From assembly GCA_963845755.1 (NCBI GenBank), contig CAWJTV010000015.1:32001-96000 (forward strand): DNA of 64,000 bases. The letters are read 5' to 3'. Each line of letters opens with the position of its first letter. Within the stretch, counting starts at the first letter, position 1. This document shows, one piece after another, positions 1 to 10,582 of this stretch. Position numbers and translations under genes: made by a program. Under the pieces are notes generated by a model. That model was given only the letters and a program-made list of their open reading frames with translations, made no database searches and was not told where the DNA came from. The stretch is from an uncultured Planctomycetota bacterium. Its GTDB lineage: Bacteria; Planctomycetota; Planctomycetia; Isosphaerales; Isosphaeraceae.

Positions 1-1499
1 GCGATGAACTCGGCCAGTTCCGGATGCACCGCCTTCTGGCCAGCGAGGTACTCCTGCATCTTCTTGCCGAACTCGACGTAGCGCGTGATCCGGCCGCGGA
101 TGTGCTTGACGAACGTCAGCCCATTATCGAGGATCTTGTCGATCTCGGCACGCTTCTTCTTCTGCTCCTTCCTCTGGTAGATGGGCGTGAGGGTATCGCG
201 CACCTCGCAGGTTGCCTGGCCCTTGTATTCGGATTTCTGCCCTTCCAGGTCGAGGATGTGCTGGCACGGGCCGACGCCCAGGGTATTGCGCATCACGTCG
301 ACCACGGTGTACATATCCAGGGGCGTTTGTGCCACTCGGTTGATCGGATAGATGACGACCGGCCCCTGGAGTTTGAGGACGCGGCTCTTGAGGGGTTGCA
401 GGTAGCCGCGCTGGTCGGGGTCCGACCAGCACGGGTAGGGGTACTGGCCCAGGACCGTGTTCCATCGCATCCGGTTGCCAGGGATCTCCTCGTCGCCGCC
501 GCCAAGCCAGGAGGGCTTGACGTACTCCCCGTCTTTCCGCGCTTGCAACAGCATTTCCCAACTGTCGGTCAAGTCATTGGAGCGGGTGAAATCGACGCGC
601 CACTGGGCCGAGAAGGGCATTTTCCAGTCCATGGGGATGACCTTGCCGGTGTCGGCGGTCTTCACGTCGCGCGTGTGCCAGATCTTGGGGGCTTCCATCA
701 GTGCCGCCCAGATCGGCTTGCCTTCGAAGCCGATCTCGGACCCCGTGATGATGCGCCGGTCATCCTGGCCGGAGAGCGTGATCTTCATGTCCTTTTGCCG
801 ATTCTCAAAGACGCACATGGCGATGGCGTCACCCTCGCCGATCAGGTGCAGGAAGAAGTTCTCGCTGGGCAGCTCGACCGCATCCAGGGGCAGCCGGGTG
901 GCATCGATGGTGATGTCGTCGGCGAAGAAATCCGGAAGGACACCGAAGCGACCCGGGCACTCGACTCGCAGCTTGCCCGCCCCGGTCCCCGGCACCGCCT
1001 GGACGGAGACATCGCCCCGCTTGATGCGGAACTGACCAGCGACCTCGACGCCATTTGCGGTCTTGAAAGTCGCTTCCAGGCAGGCGCCTCCTCGGGAGTT
1101 CTCGACGACCGCCATGCGCTCCACACGAGTGGCGGGCTCTCCCGCGGCCGTCAGTAAACGCAACCGCAGCCGCGCGGTCGCGCGGCCCTGCTTCACGGCA
1201 TGGACTTCCACGGCCGAATCCTGCCGGCGCAATACGGCGACGACCCGGCCATTGCTCAGGATGGCGTCGCCTTTGAACGAATCGGGCGTCTCTCCCAACG
1301 GTATGGCGGTCCAGTCATTCTGGCCCGCCAGGGCCGATGGCACCAGAGCTTCCGCGGCCGGCTGGCCCGTGTCCCAGACGACGATGCCGGTCCTCGGCCT
1401 GGCCGGGGACGTTGGCTGCGCGGCGGGGCTCCAGGTCGCACCCATCTGCGCCAGGGCCATGAGAGGTACGACGATTCGGGCAACCACGGGCCATCGCAT
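1..1499 (-). CDS. Large secreted hypothetical protein (3' end runs off the window)
   Basis: Not in the ORF track because it has no stop in the window. Read by hand from ATG at 1499: MRWPVVARIVVPLMALAQMGATWSPAAQ...GIVVWDTG...FKGDAILSNGR...VLPDFFADDI...WKMPFSAQWRVDF...TVVDVMRNTLGVGPCQHILD. Open to position 1, signal-peptide-like N-terminus, AAGGGG upstream. Confidence 0.8.
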   Translation of the reverse strand, partial: MRWPVVARIVVPLMALAQMGATWSPAAQPTSPARPRTGIVVWDTGQPAAEALVPSALAGQNDWTAIPLGETPDSFKGDAILSNGRVVAVLRRQDSAVEVHAVKQGRATARLRLRLLTAAGEPATRVERMAVVENSRGGACLEATFKTANGVEVAGQFRIKRGDVSVQAVPGTGAGKLRVECPGRFGVLPDFFADDITIDATRLPLDAVELPSENFFLHLIGEGDAIAMCVFENRQKDMKITLSGQDDRRIITGSEIGFEGKPIWAALMEAPKIWHTRDVKTADTGKVIPMDWKMPFSAQWRVDFTRSNDLTDSWEMLLQARKDGEYVKPSWLGGGDEEIPGNRMRWNTVLGQYPYPCWSDPDQRGYLQPLKSRVLKLQGPVVIYPINRVAQTPLDMYTVVDVMRNTLGVGPCQHILDLEGQKSEYKGQATCEVRDTLTPIYQRKEQKKKRAEIDKILDNGLTFVKHIRGRITRYVEFGKKMQEYLAGQKAVHPELAEFI

Positions 1500-1632
1500 G
1501 AGGCATCCCCTTGCTCAAGGTCGCTGCAAGAAACCCCGGTCCTTCCACAATTCAATGTCTCGGACGGACGATTCGCGGGAATCGATCTCGACACGAACAG
1601 CGCGATTCTACCCCAACAGACGATGGCTGACA

Positions 1633-2189
1633 CTATATAGGACCACGCAATCGGGAAAGTGGGGATCGGCGGCCGGAGCCGCCTCCTCCCAGAAAACCGG
1701 CGGGTCCATGTCCTTGTAGGAGCCGGCTCCGTCCGGCGACATTCGGCTTCGCTTTCCCCAGAGCGTGGACCGATTTCTTCATGTACTCCAGCCGGTCCGA
1801 CACCCGACGGCAGAAGTCGAGCTGGCCGAGAAAGAAACCGAGCAGATCCAGAACGTCTTTCGGGATCGGGACCGCACGCACCTCGGCGTCCGCCTGGTCG
1901 AGCTCCTCCGGACCGAAGACCAGGTCGCCGGGCACGAACTCTTCCGCCGACCGGGCCGAGGCAATCCGTTCCGCGAGCACTGTCAGATTCGCCCCGCAAC
2001 CATCGAGGGAGCGCCAGCCTCCAACTCCGCGAATGGGGAGAGGAGCGCATGGGAGCAGATCCACTCGTAGGCCCTGCGAAACTTCCCGGGCAATCCTTCG
2101 CGCGTAGCCGGTCTGAACTGGAGGCTTCCGTCATCCGAGAGTGTCGCCCGACCGTCGAGCCAGGAACTGACGAGTTGTTCGGCATCCAT
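1633..2189 (-). pseudogene. Remnant resembling the N- and C-terminal flanks of a MoxR-like AAA ATPase, with the ATPase core missing
   Basis: Two protein-like pieces in different frames: MDAEQLVSSWLDG...KFRRAYEWICSHALLSPF and AERIASARSAEEFVPGDLVFGPEELD...LGFFLGQLDFCRRVSDRLEYMKK. No Walker A between them. Family assignment is from recall only. Confidence 0.4.
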
Positions 2190-2344
2190 CGGCTTCGCCC
2201 CGCCGGCACGGCTTCAGACCGACGATCGCTGGGGACGGGTTTCGAAAAGCACCGGTTATCCCACGGACACCGATTCTATTCGATGGGTTCGCATTTTGTC
2301 TGCCCGACGGACAGTCTTCCGGTCGCTTCCGTCCGCCGGCGCGC

Positions 2345-3322
2345 TCATCGCGGGGGGCTCGAGCCGTTTCCCGCTTCGAGCCAGAGGCGAACCAGATGGC
2401 GGCGACGCTCGGGTTCGGGGTGGTCTTCGAACGCCGTCCGGTTGTGGAGGATCCAGCGGTTATTGATGAAGTACACCTGGCCGGGTTCGAGGGAGAATTC
2501 CGCGCGCAACGCGGGCCGGTTCAACACCTCGTCAAGCCGGTCGAGCGCCTCGGTCTGGGCTGGGGTCAGGGGTTGGCCGGCCTTCCCGTGCCCGGCCTCG
2601 ATCCAGTAGCGGAGATAGCGGAAGAGCGGCTCGGGCCCCTCGCGTTCGATCACCGGCCGGAGGACAGTGGGCGTCTCCCCCTCCCGGACACCCCCCCGAC
2701 GGTCCACGTGGAAAGGCCGGCCGAGTGTCTCGAGCGCATCGGGATGTTCGTGGCGGAGCCGCTCGACGACGGCCAGGCCGTTCACGAGCTGGCTCACACC
2801 CCCAGCTCGCGCTGTCTTCAGGCAAAGCAGGCCGACATAATCGACGACGGTCTCACCGAAAGAGTTGTCGGTGTGGAAGCTGCTCTCGTAATTAGTGACG
2901 GAGAAGCGGGCTCCCTTCGCGACTTCCTGGCCGCTGTCCCGGACGTCGTACAGGAGTGTCCCCTGCACGTTCTGGACAACAGGCTCGCCGAGCAGTTGAC
3001 CGATCATCCAGTAGAGAGCGATCGCCTCCCGCTCGGAGATCCGCTCCACCGGCAGCCGGTCGAGGACGACGAAGCCGTGCCCCCGTTCCAGGTCGTGCTT
3101 CGCGGACGTCAGGTAGCCACGCAGGGCCGTTCTGTCTTGCTCCGTGAGACGCATGCCAGGAATCGGTCCTTCGCCCCAGGCTCGCTCCTCAACCAAGGAT
3201 CGCAGGTGGGCCATCAAGGCGTCTGGCAAGAGACAACTCCAACCGGCTGTGTCCCCTACAGTCGCGGCAGTCCACGATTTCGGGCCAACGGCGGGCTCGT
3301 TCGAATCGGTTTCGCTGGGCAT
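2345..3322 (-). CDS. TauD/TfdA family Fe(II)/2-oxoglutarate dioxygenase
   Basis: C-terminal part of the 870 aa ORF, starting at MPSETDSNEP (ATG 3322). Motifs GHGFVVLDRL, SFHTD (HxD), GGVSQL and INNRWILHNRTAFED...RRHLVRLWL. Confidence 0.88.
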   Translation of the reverse strand: MPSETDSNEPAVGPKSWTAATVGDTAGWSCLLPDALMAHLRSLVEERAWGEGPIPGMRLTEQDRTALRGYLTSAKHDLERGHGFVVLDRLPVERISEREAIALYWMIGQLLGEPVVQNVQGTLLYDVRDSGQEVAKGARFSVTNYESSFHTDNSFGETVVDYVGLLCLKTARAGGVSQLVNGLAVVERLRHEHPDALETLGRPFHVDRRGGVREGETPTVLRPVIEREGPEPLFRYLRYWIEAGHGKAGQPLTPAQTEALDRLDEVLNRPALRAEFSLEPGQVYFINNRWILHNRTAFEDHPEPERRRHLVRLWLEAGNGSSPPR

Positions 3323-3339
3323 GAAAGATTCCCAGTCTC

Positions 3340-6036
3340 TCAAGGGGTGATGAGGTAGTAGATCGAGCTCGGGAACCAGGCGGATCTCTCTTGCCGTCCC
3401 GGTTGACTTGCCCGGCTCGCCGTTGAAGTCGAGCGCGGTCACCTTGAGGTGGGAGGCGTCGGCTCGCTTGAGCTTCACCACACCGTCGATCTCCTTCACG
3501 AGCCAGGGGTCGTGGCCGGTGCTCGCGATCTTCTTCTCGCCGCCCGGCGCCGGCTCGGTGCGGAAGTCGGTGGGCTTTTCCTCGGACATGACTTGCAGGA
3601 GGATGCGCCGTGAGGTCGCCAGGGGCAGGCCGTCGAGGCTGACCGCGACGATGTGGCCGAGTTCCATCTTCGACGCGATGCTGAGGTCCTTCAACTCGGC
3701 CGCGCCCGCCTCGCGGAGGGCGCCGCTGATCCCCTGCGCCGCGGGCGCGTCGATGGTGAGGACACCCTTGCCGTAGTCAAGCCGGAGCTGGCCCGTGGTG
3801 CTGCTGACCACCTGGCGCCGGCGGTCGATGAAAGGCTTGAGGTCCTTCAGCCGCGATGAGCCGCCTCGTTCGGTGAACCGGACGTTGGTCCGCCCGGCGA
3901 AATGGACGAGGGGGTCGATCACGTTGCCCGGCTTGAGGGTCGTCCCTTTCGGAACGTCCTTGAGCCGAAGCTCGTCGAGCGCCGCGTCCTGGGGCAGGGG
4001 GGTACCCTTGAGGTCGAGGAGGTCGCCGACCTTCAGGTCCAGGTCGACCAGCAGGTCACCGGTCGCGACGAGACCCTTGCGGTAGATCAGGGCGGCGGCT
4101 GGGAACTGGCCCATCATCGCGGGCGACATCAGCGTCCAGGGCTGCATGAAGAAGCCCGGCTTGACCGACCAGGCCGCCGTGTCGAGCGCGAAATGGACGA
4201 TGGCGTCGCTGTCCTGCAAGGCGCCGTAGGCCGCGTAGAACAGCGGGGCCTCCGATCGGTAGCGGTTCGGTCGGTTCCAGGTCGTCTCCGAGATCATCGA
4301 GGGCTTGCCGTCGTAGCTGGGATCCATCGCCGGGTGGACGAAGACCTTGGGCTTGCCGGGCTCCTCGGGGTCGAAGCGCAGCGCGCTGCGATCGGCGTAG
4401 GTGTGCCCGTCGCGGACCGACCACTCCGACGCCTCGCCCCGGCTGCGGCAGCCGAAGTAGCCATGCCGGTCGATGAAGTCGGTGACGGTGTAGCTGTACT
4501 TCTCGAGCGGGCCGAACACCTCCGGGCTGGCGGTGATCCAGTTCGACGCGGTGATCACACCCCGGAAACCCAGCCCGCGCAGGAACTCGTACATCTCGCG
4601 ATAGAACCCGCGCTGGCTTTCGACGAGGAACCGGACCGTATCCTTGTCGCGGCCGGTCTTCTCGTTGAACATGTTCCAGAGGGGCCGGAACCCCACGCGA
4701 ACCTCGGCCGGGCGATCGCGGCCGATCTTCTGGCCGCCCCAGGATCGCAGTGCCCGGTCGATCGAGCCATACTTTTGCTTCAACCAGGCGCCGAACTGGG
4801 TCTCGATGAGCCGCAACTCGGGGTCAGGGATCGCGTCGGAGTTGAACGTCCAGAAGAGATACGAGTCCTCGTTGAGGATCTCAAGGCCCGCCACGGCCGG
4901 GTCGTCGATTAACCGCGGCGGGTCGAGGGGTTGGGCGTCAGGAGCAGGGCCTTCCACCAGTCCTGGTAGTGCCGCTGGAATTCCTTGTTGAAGAAGAGCG
5001 CCGCGAACGCCACTTTCTGGCCGTCATAGCCCTTCAGCCAGGTCGTATCGGGCTTCGGCCTCAGCCAGAGCGGGAAGAAAATCGAGAAGTGGCTGTAGAT
5101 CCCCTCAGCCTTCATTGCCTCGACAGCGTCGAAGGCGTGTCGCACCGCAGCCATGTCAACGTCGCCCTTCTCATCGAAGTAACTGTGGTGGACGCGGACG
5201 AGGTTCACGCCGTGTTTGGCGAGCATCCGCGCCTCCGTTCGGAGCTCAGCCAGTGCCTTGCTCGACGGCCCGTTCACCGCCCAGAACCGGACCGGCTCGC
5301 CCGACCGAGAGTGCACGAACTGCGATCCCCTGACTCGAATGAAGCCGCCATCGCCGGCCGCCTTCTCGTTCAGCGATCGCAGGTTGATGCCGCTAGACGG
5401 GGAGAAACGGTCGGGCTTTGGGTCGAAAGCGAACCAGCCCTTGTCTGCCGCGGCCGCGCGGCGGGAGAACTCGGCGAGCTGGTCGGGCTTCACGGCGCCC
5501 CGCGGTGTAAACGGCTCGTTGGCGAAGACGAAACAGTCGATGTAGCCGTGATTATGATTAGGGCTGTCCATCCGGAACCGGATCGTATTGGTTCCCTTCT
5601 TCAACGAGACCTGACCGGCCCGCGCCCAGGCGAGGAAGCGCAAGTCGGGCTTCTCGTCGGCGGCGATGTTGGTCGAATCGAGCCCCCGATCGACGTCGAT
5701 CGCCGTCCAGGAGCCGTCGTTGAGCCGGTACGAGAGCCTTGCCTGTACGGGGTTGGCCCGCACCCAGAACTCGTAATCGCCGGCCGAGGGAGCGGTGAAC
5801 TGATACACGGCCTCGCCAGGCTGTTCGTGGAAGTTGCTGATCAGATCGCCGCCGGAGAGCTGGTCGCGCTTGACCAGGTCATACCAGTACGGGTGCCGGT
5901 GCATCGTAGACGAGGCCGGCTTTTCGCCCTCGACCCAGATCCACGCCGACCGCGCGGGCGGGGTCGGGACGATCACGGCCAGGACGAGGAACGCGCACCG
6001 TACCGGCCATCGGATGGAAACGGCCCTTGATTTCAT
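3340..6036 (-). CDS. Secreted clan GH-A glycoside hydrolase (GH148/GH5-like) with N-terminal carbohydrate-binding-like domain; 2 frameshifts
   Basis: Signal peptide, then GEPVRFWAVNG, LAKHGVNLVRVHH, DDPAVAGLEILNEDS (NE acid/base), DFIDRHGY and KPSMISETTW (nucleophile). Frameshift at ~4915. An extra base in the G run at 3371-3373 hides the natural end VPSSIYYLITP-TGA (3340-3342). Confidence 0.75.
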
Positions 6037-6129
6037 CTTCGACCTCGTTGCAACCGGGTTTTCGTGTGAGTCCCCTCATGGAGCCGATCGATCATCGGTT
6101 CAAGATAAAGAGTAAATGCTGCCCTTGCC

Positions 6130-6186
6130 TAAATAATAAATCAATTATATAAATACTCAAATATATTACTTTATAAAATTTCTTAA
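6130..6186. other. Extremely AT-rich patch upstream of the GH-A gene
   Basis: 57 nt with only 5 C and no G (taaataataaatcaattatataaatactcaaatatattactttataaaatttcttaa) in GC-rich surroundings. Confidence 0.7.
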
Positions 6187-6203
6187 GATCCCCTCACGCC
6201 TTC

Positions 6204-8159
6204 TCAGCCGGGCGGAACGAACTGGGACAGAAGCAGGGTGTAGACAGCCTGGTAGTAGATGGCGGGTTCGGTAATCTCCCACGAAGCCTCGTTCGCACCG
6301 CGCTGGGCGTTCCAGGCTGCGTTCCAATCGCGGTAGGCTTTCATGGGCGGCTCGCCATGGGGGGGGCGAATCCACTCGACGCTGAAGAACTTGTTCGGGC
6401 CACCCGCCAGGTAACCCGGCGCGGGCCCGTAGCGGCTGCCCTGACCGTCGTAGAGCGGCGAGCCGTCGTGGAACCAGAGATGGTAGATCTCGGTGACGCA
6501 CCGATCACCGCCCGCGTGGGCCATGTTGGTCAGGTAGCAGAACGCGAGCGGGTTGCGGCCGTGAATGAAGTGCAGGTAACCGGCCATGATCTCGCGGTAG
6601 GCCGGATGCTGTTCGGGGTTCAATCCCAGGGCCATGGCCATCAGGAGGATGCGGCCCCAGCGGCCCTTAACCTGGTTGCTGCCCCAGCAATAGTGGTCCG
6701 CGTAATGAAAGGCGAGGTAGGGATCATCCGGCCCGCCCGTCGCCCCGCGGATCGCCTCCGCCATGTGTGCCAGCGCGTTACGGAACCGCCTGGTCACGGC
6801 CGGCGTCGCACCCGGGGTCGTGGAGTAAACGAATAGGGCCTGCGTCAAGGCGACGTGGTTGAGCGGGTCAACCTGCTGACCGTCTCGGAACGGATGCAGA
6901 CCATTCTCCGCCGTCGCCGCGACGTTGGGTGCCCAGCGGTTGAACATACGCCTTGAAGGCCGGATCGCCCACGGTCTTGAAGAGTTGGGCCGCGGCGTTT
7001 ACTCGAGACCGGCGGTCGGCATTGATGTTGCTGCCCGCCGGGGTCGCCGCCAGGGTCTTGTCGCCATCCGAGCCGTCGGCCGGATCCATCTGGGGGTGGG
7101 CCTCGAGGTAGGCCCAGGCCCGCGCGCGGCGCCGCGAAGGCGGTCCGAATAGCCGGGGAACGTGCGATCGTAGCGAACGTAAACTCGCGTGGCCTGGGCG
7201 AAGCTGGCGGCGGCCGTCGCGGTCGCCCATGTGGTCTTGGCGGAGTAGAACCGAGGTTGCCTGTCGGTGTTGGGCGGATCCGGGCCGTTATCGAAACTAC
7301 GCCCAGCGACTCGATTGAAGACCCCACCATCGGTATCCTGCATTTTCAATAGCCAATCGAGCTCCCACTTCACCTCGTCGAGCAGGTCGGGGACGCCGTT
7401 GCCACTCTCCGGAATAGTCGTGTCGTCAGGGAAGATTCGTGGATGAAGCTCATAGGCCCACAGGAGATCGAAAAGCGTGGTTTCCAGGTAGGGCACGTAC
7501 TTGTTGGGGTCTCCCGCGTCGAACCAGCCGCCGAGCAGGTCGCGTGGGCGACCTAGCGACTCGCCTCCCTGCGTGTACCGCGCCGCGCGGTCTTGTTCCG
7601 GCCCGAGTTGACCGCCGCGGTGATGCCAGTTTCCACCGTACTGGGCCAGGATCGGCGTCCCGCTACGTTGGTAATAGAAGGTCCGCACGGAATCCCTCAG
7701 GACCAGCCGGTAGACGTCGTCGGCAATCCGGAACGGGAACGAGCGGACTCGATTGGCGGGATCATAGAGGTAGTAACTGCCGGAGGCGCGGACGTCGCTG
7801 AAGTCCGCGTACCAGACCCGATCTCCGCACAGTTCGCTGACCTTGCCCCCGTTCCATGGCTTTAGATTTCCGCGATGAGCCACCGTGCCATCGGCCTGTC
7901 GTCGCACCTCGTATGTAGGACCGGGACGGTAGCGCGCACCCGCGTTCTGCCCCCGGACCGCCTCGGCGAAAATCGCCGTTTTCCCGGCCCGAGGCAGCCA
8001 CCCGAACTGGTCGATCGTGATCTGGGGCGTGACCACTGCGTCATCAGCCTGGGCCATCTTGGTGAAAAGGAATGCCGGGAGACTCACCATCAGCCAGAAC
8101 GCCATCAGTGCGCCACGGCGCGACCTACAACGAACTGGCCGTCCTTTCGTCGTCAACAC
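6204..8159 (-). CDS. Glycoside hydrolase family 9 (endoglucanase-type) with N-terminal Ig-like domain; 2 frameshifts
   Basis: AAGGAGG before GTG at 8159, signal peptide, ITIDQFGWLP (CelD-type Ig start), TFYYQRSG, DLLGGWFDAGDPNKY, ESGNGVPDLLDEVKWELDWLLKMQ, HGRNPLAFCYLT and catalytic WEITEPAIYYQA. Pieces are ORFs 6999-8195, 6868-7230 and 6204-6947. Confidence 0.88.
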
Positions 8160-8264
8160 CGGTCCCTCCTTCTCGACACTAAACCCGGCGGCCAACCCTC
8201 GAGGCGCCGCCAGGGCCGTCTACCGCACAAGACCGCCAGGTCATCGTAACATCCAGAGAGCCAG

Positions 8265-9310
8265 AGGACGTCTACCTGGCCACCGCCTGCCGACCAACTG
8301 GAGGTTGTGGCCGGCCCCGGGGGACTGGTCGTGGGAGTCGGCGGCCTGATCCAGCCGCGGGCCTTGGGCGTCGGTTACGACATCATCGGCAAGTTGCTCC
8401 AGGGCGATTACGTCCCGACGGCACCCGTTGGACTGATCGTCGTCAAGGCGGTGATCTGGTCGATGGCGCTGGGCTCGGGCACCTCGGGAGGGGTCCTGGC
8501 ACCGCTGCTGATCATGGGATGTGCTCTGGGTGCGATGATCTCCCGGTTCCTGCCCGGCGGTGATGCAGCTTTGTGGCCCCCTTGTCTGCATGTCCGCGGC
8601 GCTGGGCGGCACGATGCGATCTCCGCTGACCGGTGCCATCTTCGCCCTCGAGCTGACAAATGAGGTCCGGATCCTGCCCGCGCTGTTGATCGCCTCGGTG
8701 ATGGCCTATGGCCTGACTGTGTTATTGATGAAGCGCTCGATCCTCACCGAGAAGCTCGCCCGCCGGGGCTACCACATCCAGCGCGAGTACAGCGTCGATC
8801 CGCTCGATCGCATCAGGGTCCTCGAGGTGATGACGACGAACGTCGTGACAATCCCGGCCTCGCTGCCGGTACGTGACCTCATCCGCGACTATTTCCTCGG
8901 CCCGAGCTCGCGCAAACATTCCTGCTACCCAGTCCTCGGACGAGAAGGCCAGTTCCTGGGGATGATCACCGAGTCCAATCTGCTGGATCACTGGCTGGTC
9001 GTCGGCGTCGGAGGGAACAACGGCTCCGACCGGCTCGGCGCCAGTCCCATCATTGCTTACGATTTGATGAATCCCTCGCCGATGGTCGCCTAGCCCGACG
9101 ACTCCTGCCGCGAGATGGCGGAGCGGCTTGCCGTGTTGAACAGAACGAAGCCTTGTGGTCGTCTCTCCAGAGGATCCGATACGATTCCTGGGGATTCTAG
9201 GTGTTGCCGATTTGCTCAAGGCGCGGCAGTGGGCGCGCGAGGAGGAGGGAAAACGCGAGCGGTTCTTCGGCCTGCGCGGAGTCGCCGGCGGGGCAGAGAC
9301 ATCGTCGTAG
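8265..9310 (+). pseudogene. Voltage-gated chloride channel (ClC) C-terminal half plus CBS pair, decayed
   Basis: GGLVVGVGGLIQPRALGVGYD, LGSGTSGGVLAPLL, GGTMRSPLTGAIFALELT, RSILTEKLARRG and CBS VMTTNVVT. The 5' half is absent, there is an in-frame TAG at 9091-9093, and frameshifts occur near 8580 and 9150. Confidence 0.8.
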
Positions 9311-9641
9311 AACGCCATTCCTCGTCGATCGCGACCACGTGACGACGAGCGTTCGACCATGGGATCGAAGCGGTCCATTTAACCGCGCATGTCAGTACGA
9401 TCGCCCTGATCGACTAGGTCGTCGAGGTTCATCGGGTCCCACACTCGCTTGTCGCAACTCTGGGGCCCGGTCTCCTGGCCGTTATGTCCGAGCTCCTTGG
9501 TCTGTGTCAACCCGGTATGACCAGAAAGACGGCCAATCTGCCGAGGAGGCCTTGTCGAATGCCAACGGCGTTCTCAACGGCCGCCGATCCGGTATGATAA
9601 CCCGCATCAATCGACAACACCGGCCTCGAGGAGGGCAAGCG

Positions 9642-10582
9642 ATGTGCGGTCCGCCGTTCGATCATGGTGAAGAGGACGTCTCCCCCGAGCGGCCTGGAGC
9701 TGGGTCGAATCCCTCGCGACGAACCTTCCTGGAGCGATCGGCCGCCACGGCGATCGTCCTGAGTACCGGCTCCGGTCCGCGCCGGCCGGAAGGGGAACCG
9801 ATCCCCCGCGCCCGGTGAAAGTCATCGACTGCCACGCTCATCTCCAGCACCATAGCCGCTCGACCTGGGAGACGGATGATCGGAAACTGATCGAGGCGGC
9901 CGACCGTCTGGGGATCGATCAGCTCTGTTGTTCCTGCCTCACACCCCGGCGCCCGGCGACGGCCGAGCAGTTCCGCGAGTGCAACCGCTGGGTCCTCGAG
10001 GCCACGAGGCGCTTTCCTGGCCGGGTCCTCGGCTATTGTTACGTGAACCCCGGCTATACGCGGGAGGCGCTCGAGGAGATCCGCCGTTGCGTCCGCGATC
10101 GTGGGTTCATCGGAATCAAGCTTTATAACGAATATCGATGCACCGAGCCGGTGGTTTACCCGATCGTCGAACTGGCGATCGAACTGGGCGTGCCGATCCT
10201 GCACCACGCCGGGCATCTTCATTACGTGCTCCCCGACCAGCCCCGGATCTCCGACGGTGGCCGGCTCGCCGAGCTGGCCGGTCGCTTCCCCGAGGCCAAA
10301 CTCATCTGCGCCCACATCTGCGGCGGTGGGGATTGGGAGTGGACGATCAAGGCCCTCCGGAACGCGCCAAGCGTCTACCTCGACACCAGCGGCAGCGTTC
10401 CGGATGACGGGGTCGTGGAGCTGGCGGCTCGGACACTCGGCGTCGACCGGCTCCTCTTCGGCTGCGACATGTCCATGACCGCCGGACTGGGCCGGATCCG
10501 AGCTGCCCAGTTGGGCGAGGCCGAGAAGCAGAAGATCCTGGGCGGCACGATGGCCGCGATTCTGAAAGGACGGAAGGCATGA
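9642..10582 (+). CDS. Tat-exported amidohydrolase (Amidohydro_2 family); 1 frameshift after the signal peptide
   Basis: GAGGAGG RBS, ATG 9642 and SRRTFL twin-arginine motif in one frame. Catalytic domain in the next frame from 9815: VIDCHAH, GIKLY, PILHHAG, ICAHICGGG, VYLDTSG, LLFGCD. Confidence 0.85.

Noticed and set aside
24..1157. 377 aa plus-strand ORF and many similar long antisense ORFs (e.g. 31431-32900, 41375-42925, 60695-62125)
   Set aside because: Shadow ORFs opposite real genes, as expected in high-GC DNA; no motifs.
2345..4957. 870 aa glycoside hydrolase-TauD fusion ORF
   Set aside because: Removing one base at 3371-3373 gives a natural GH end (…IYYLITP-TGA) and a separate TauD ATG; the fusion is an indel artefact.
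9091..9093. Possible pyrrolysine or amber read-through in the CBS domain
   Set aside because: The gene is also truncated and frameshifted, and no pyl genes are present in the window; a nonsense mutation is simpler.
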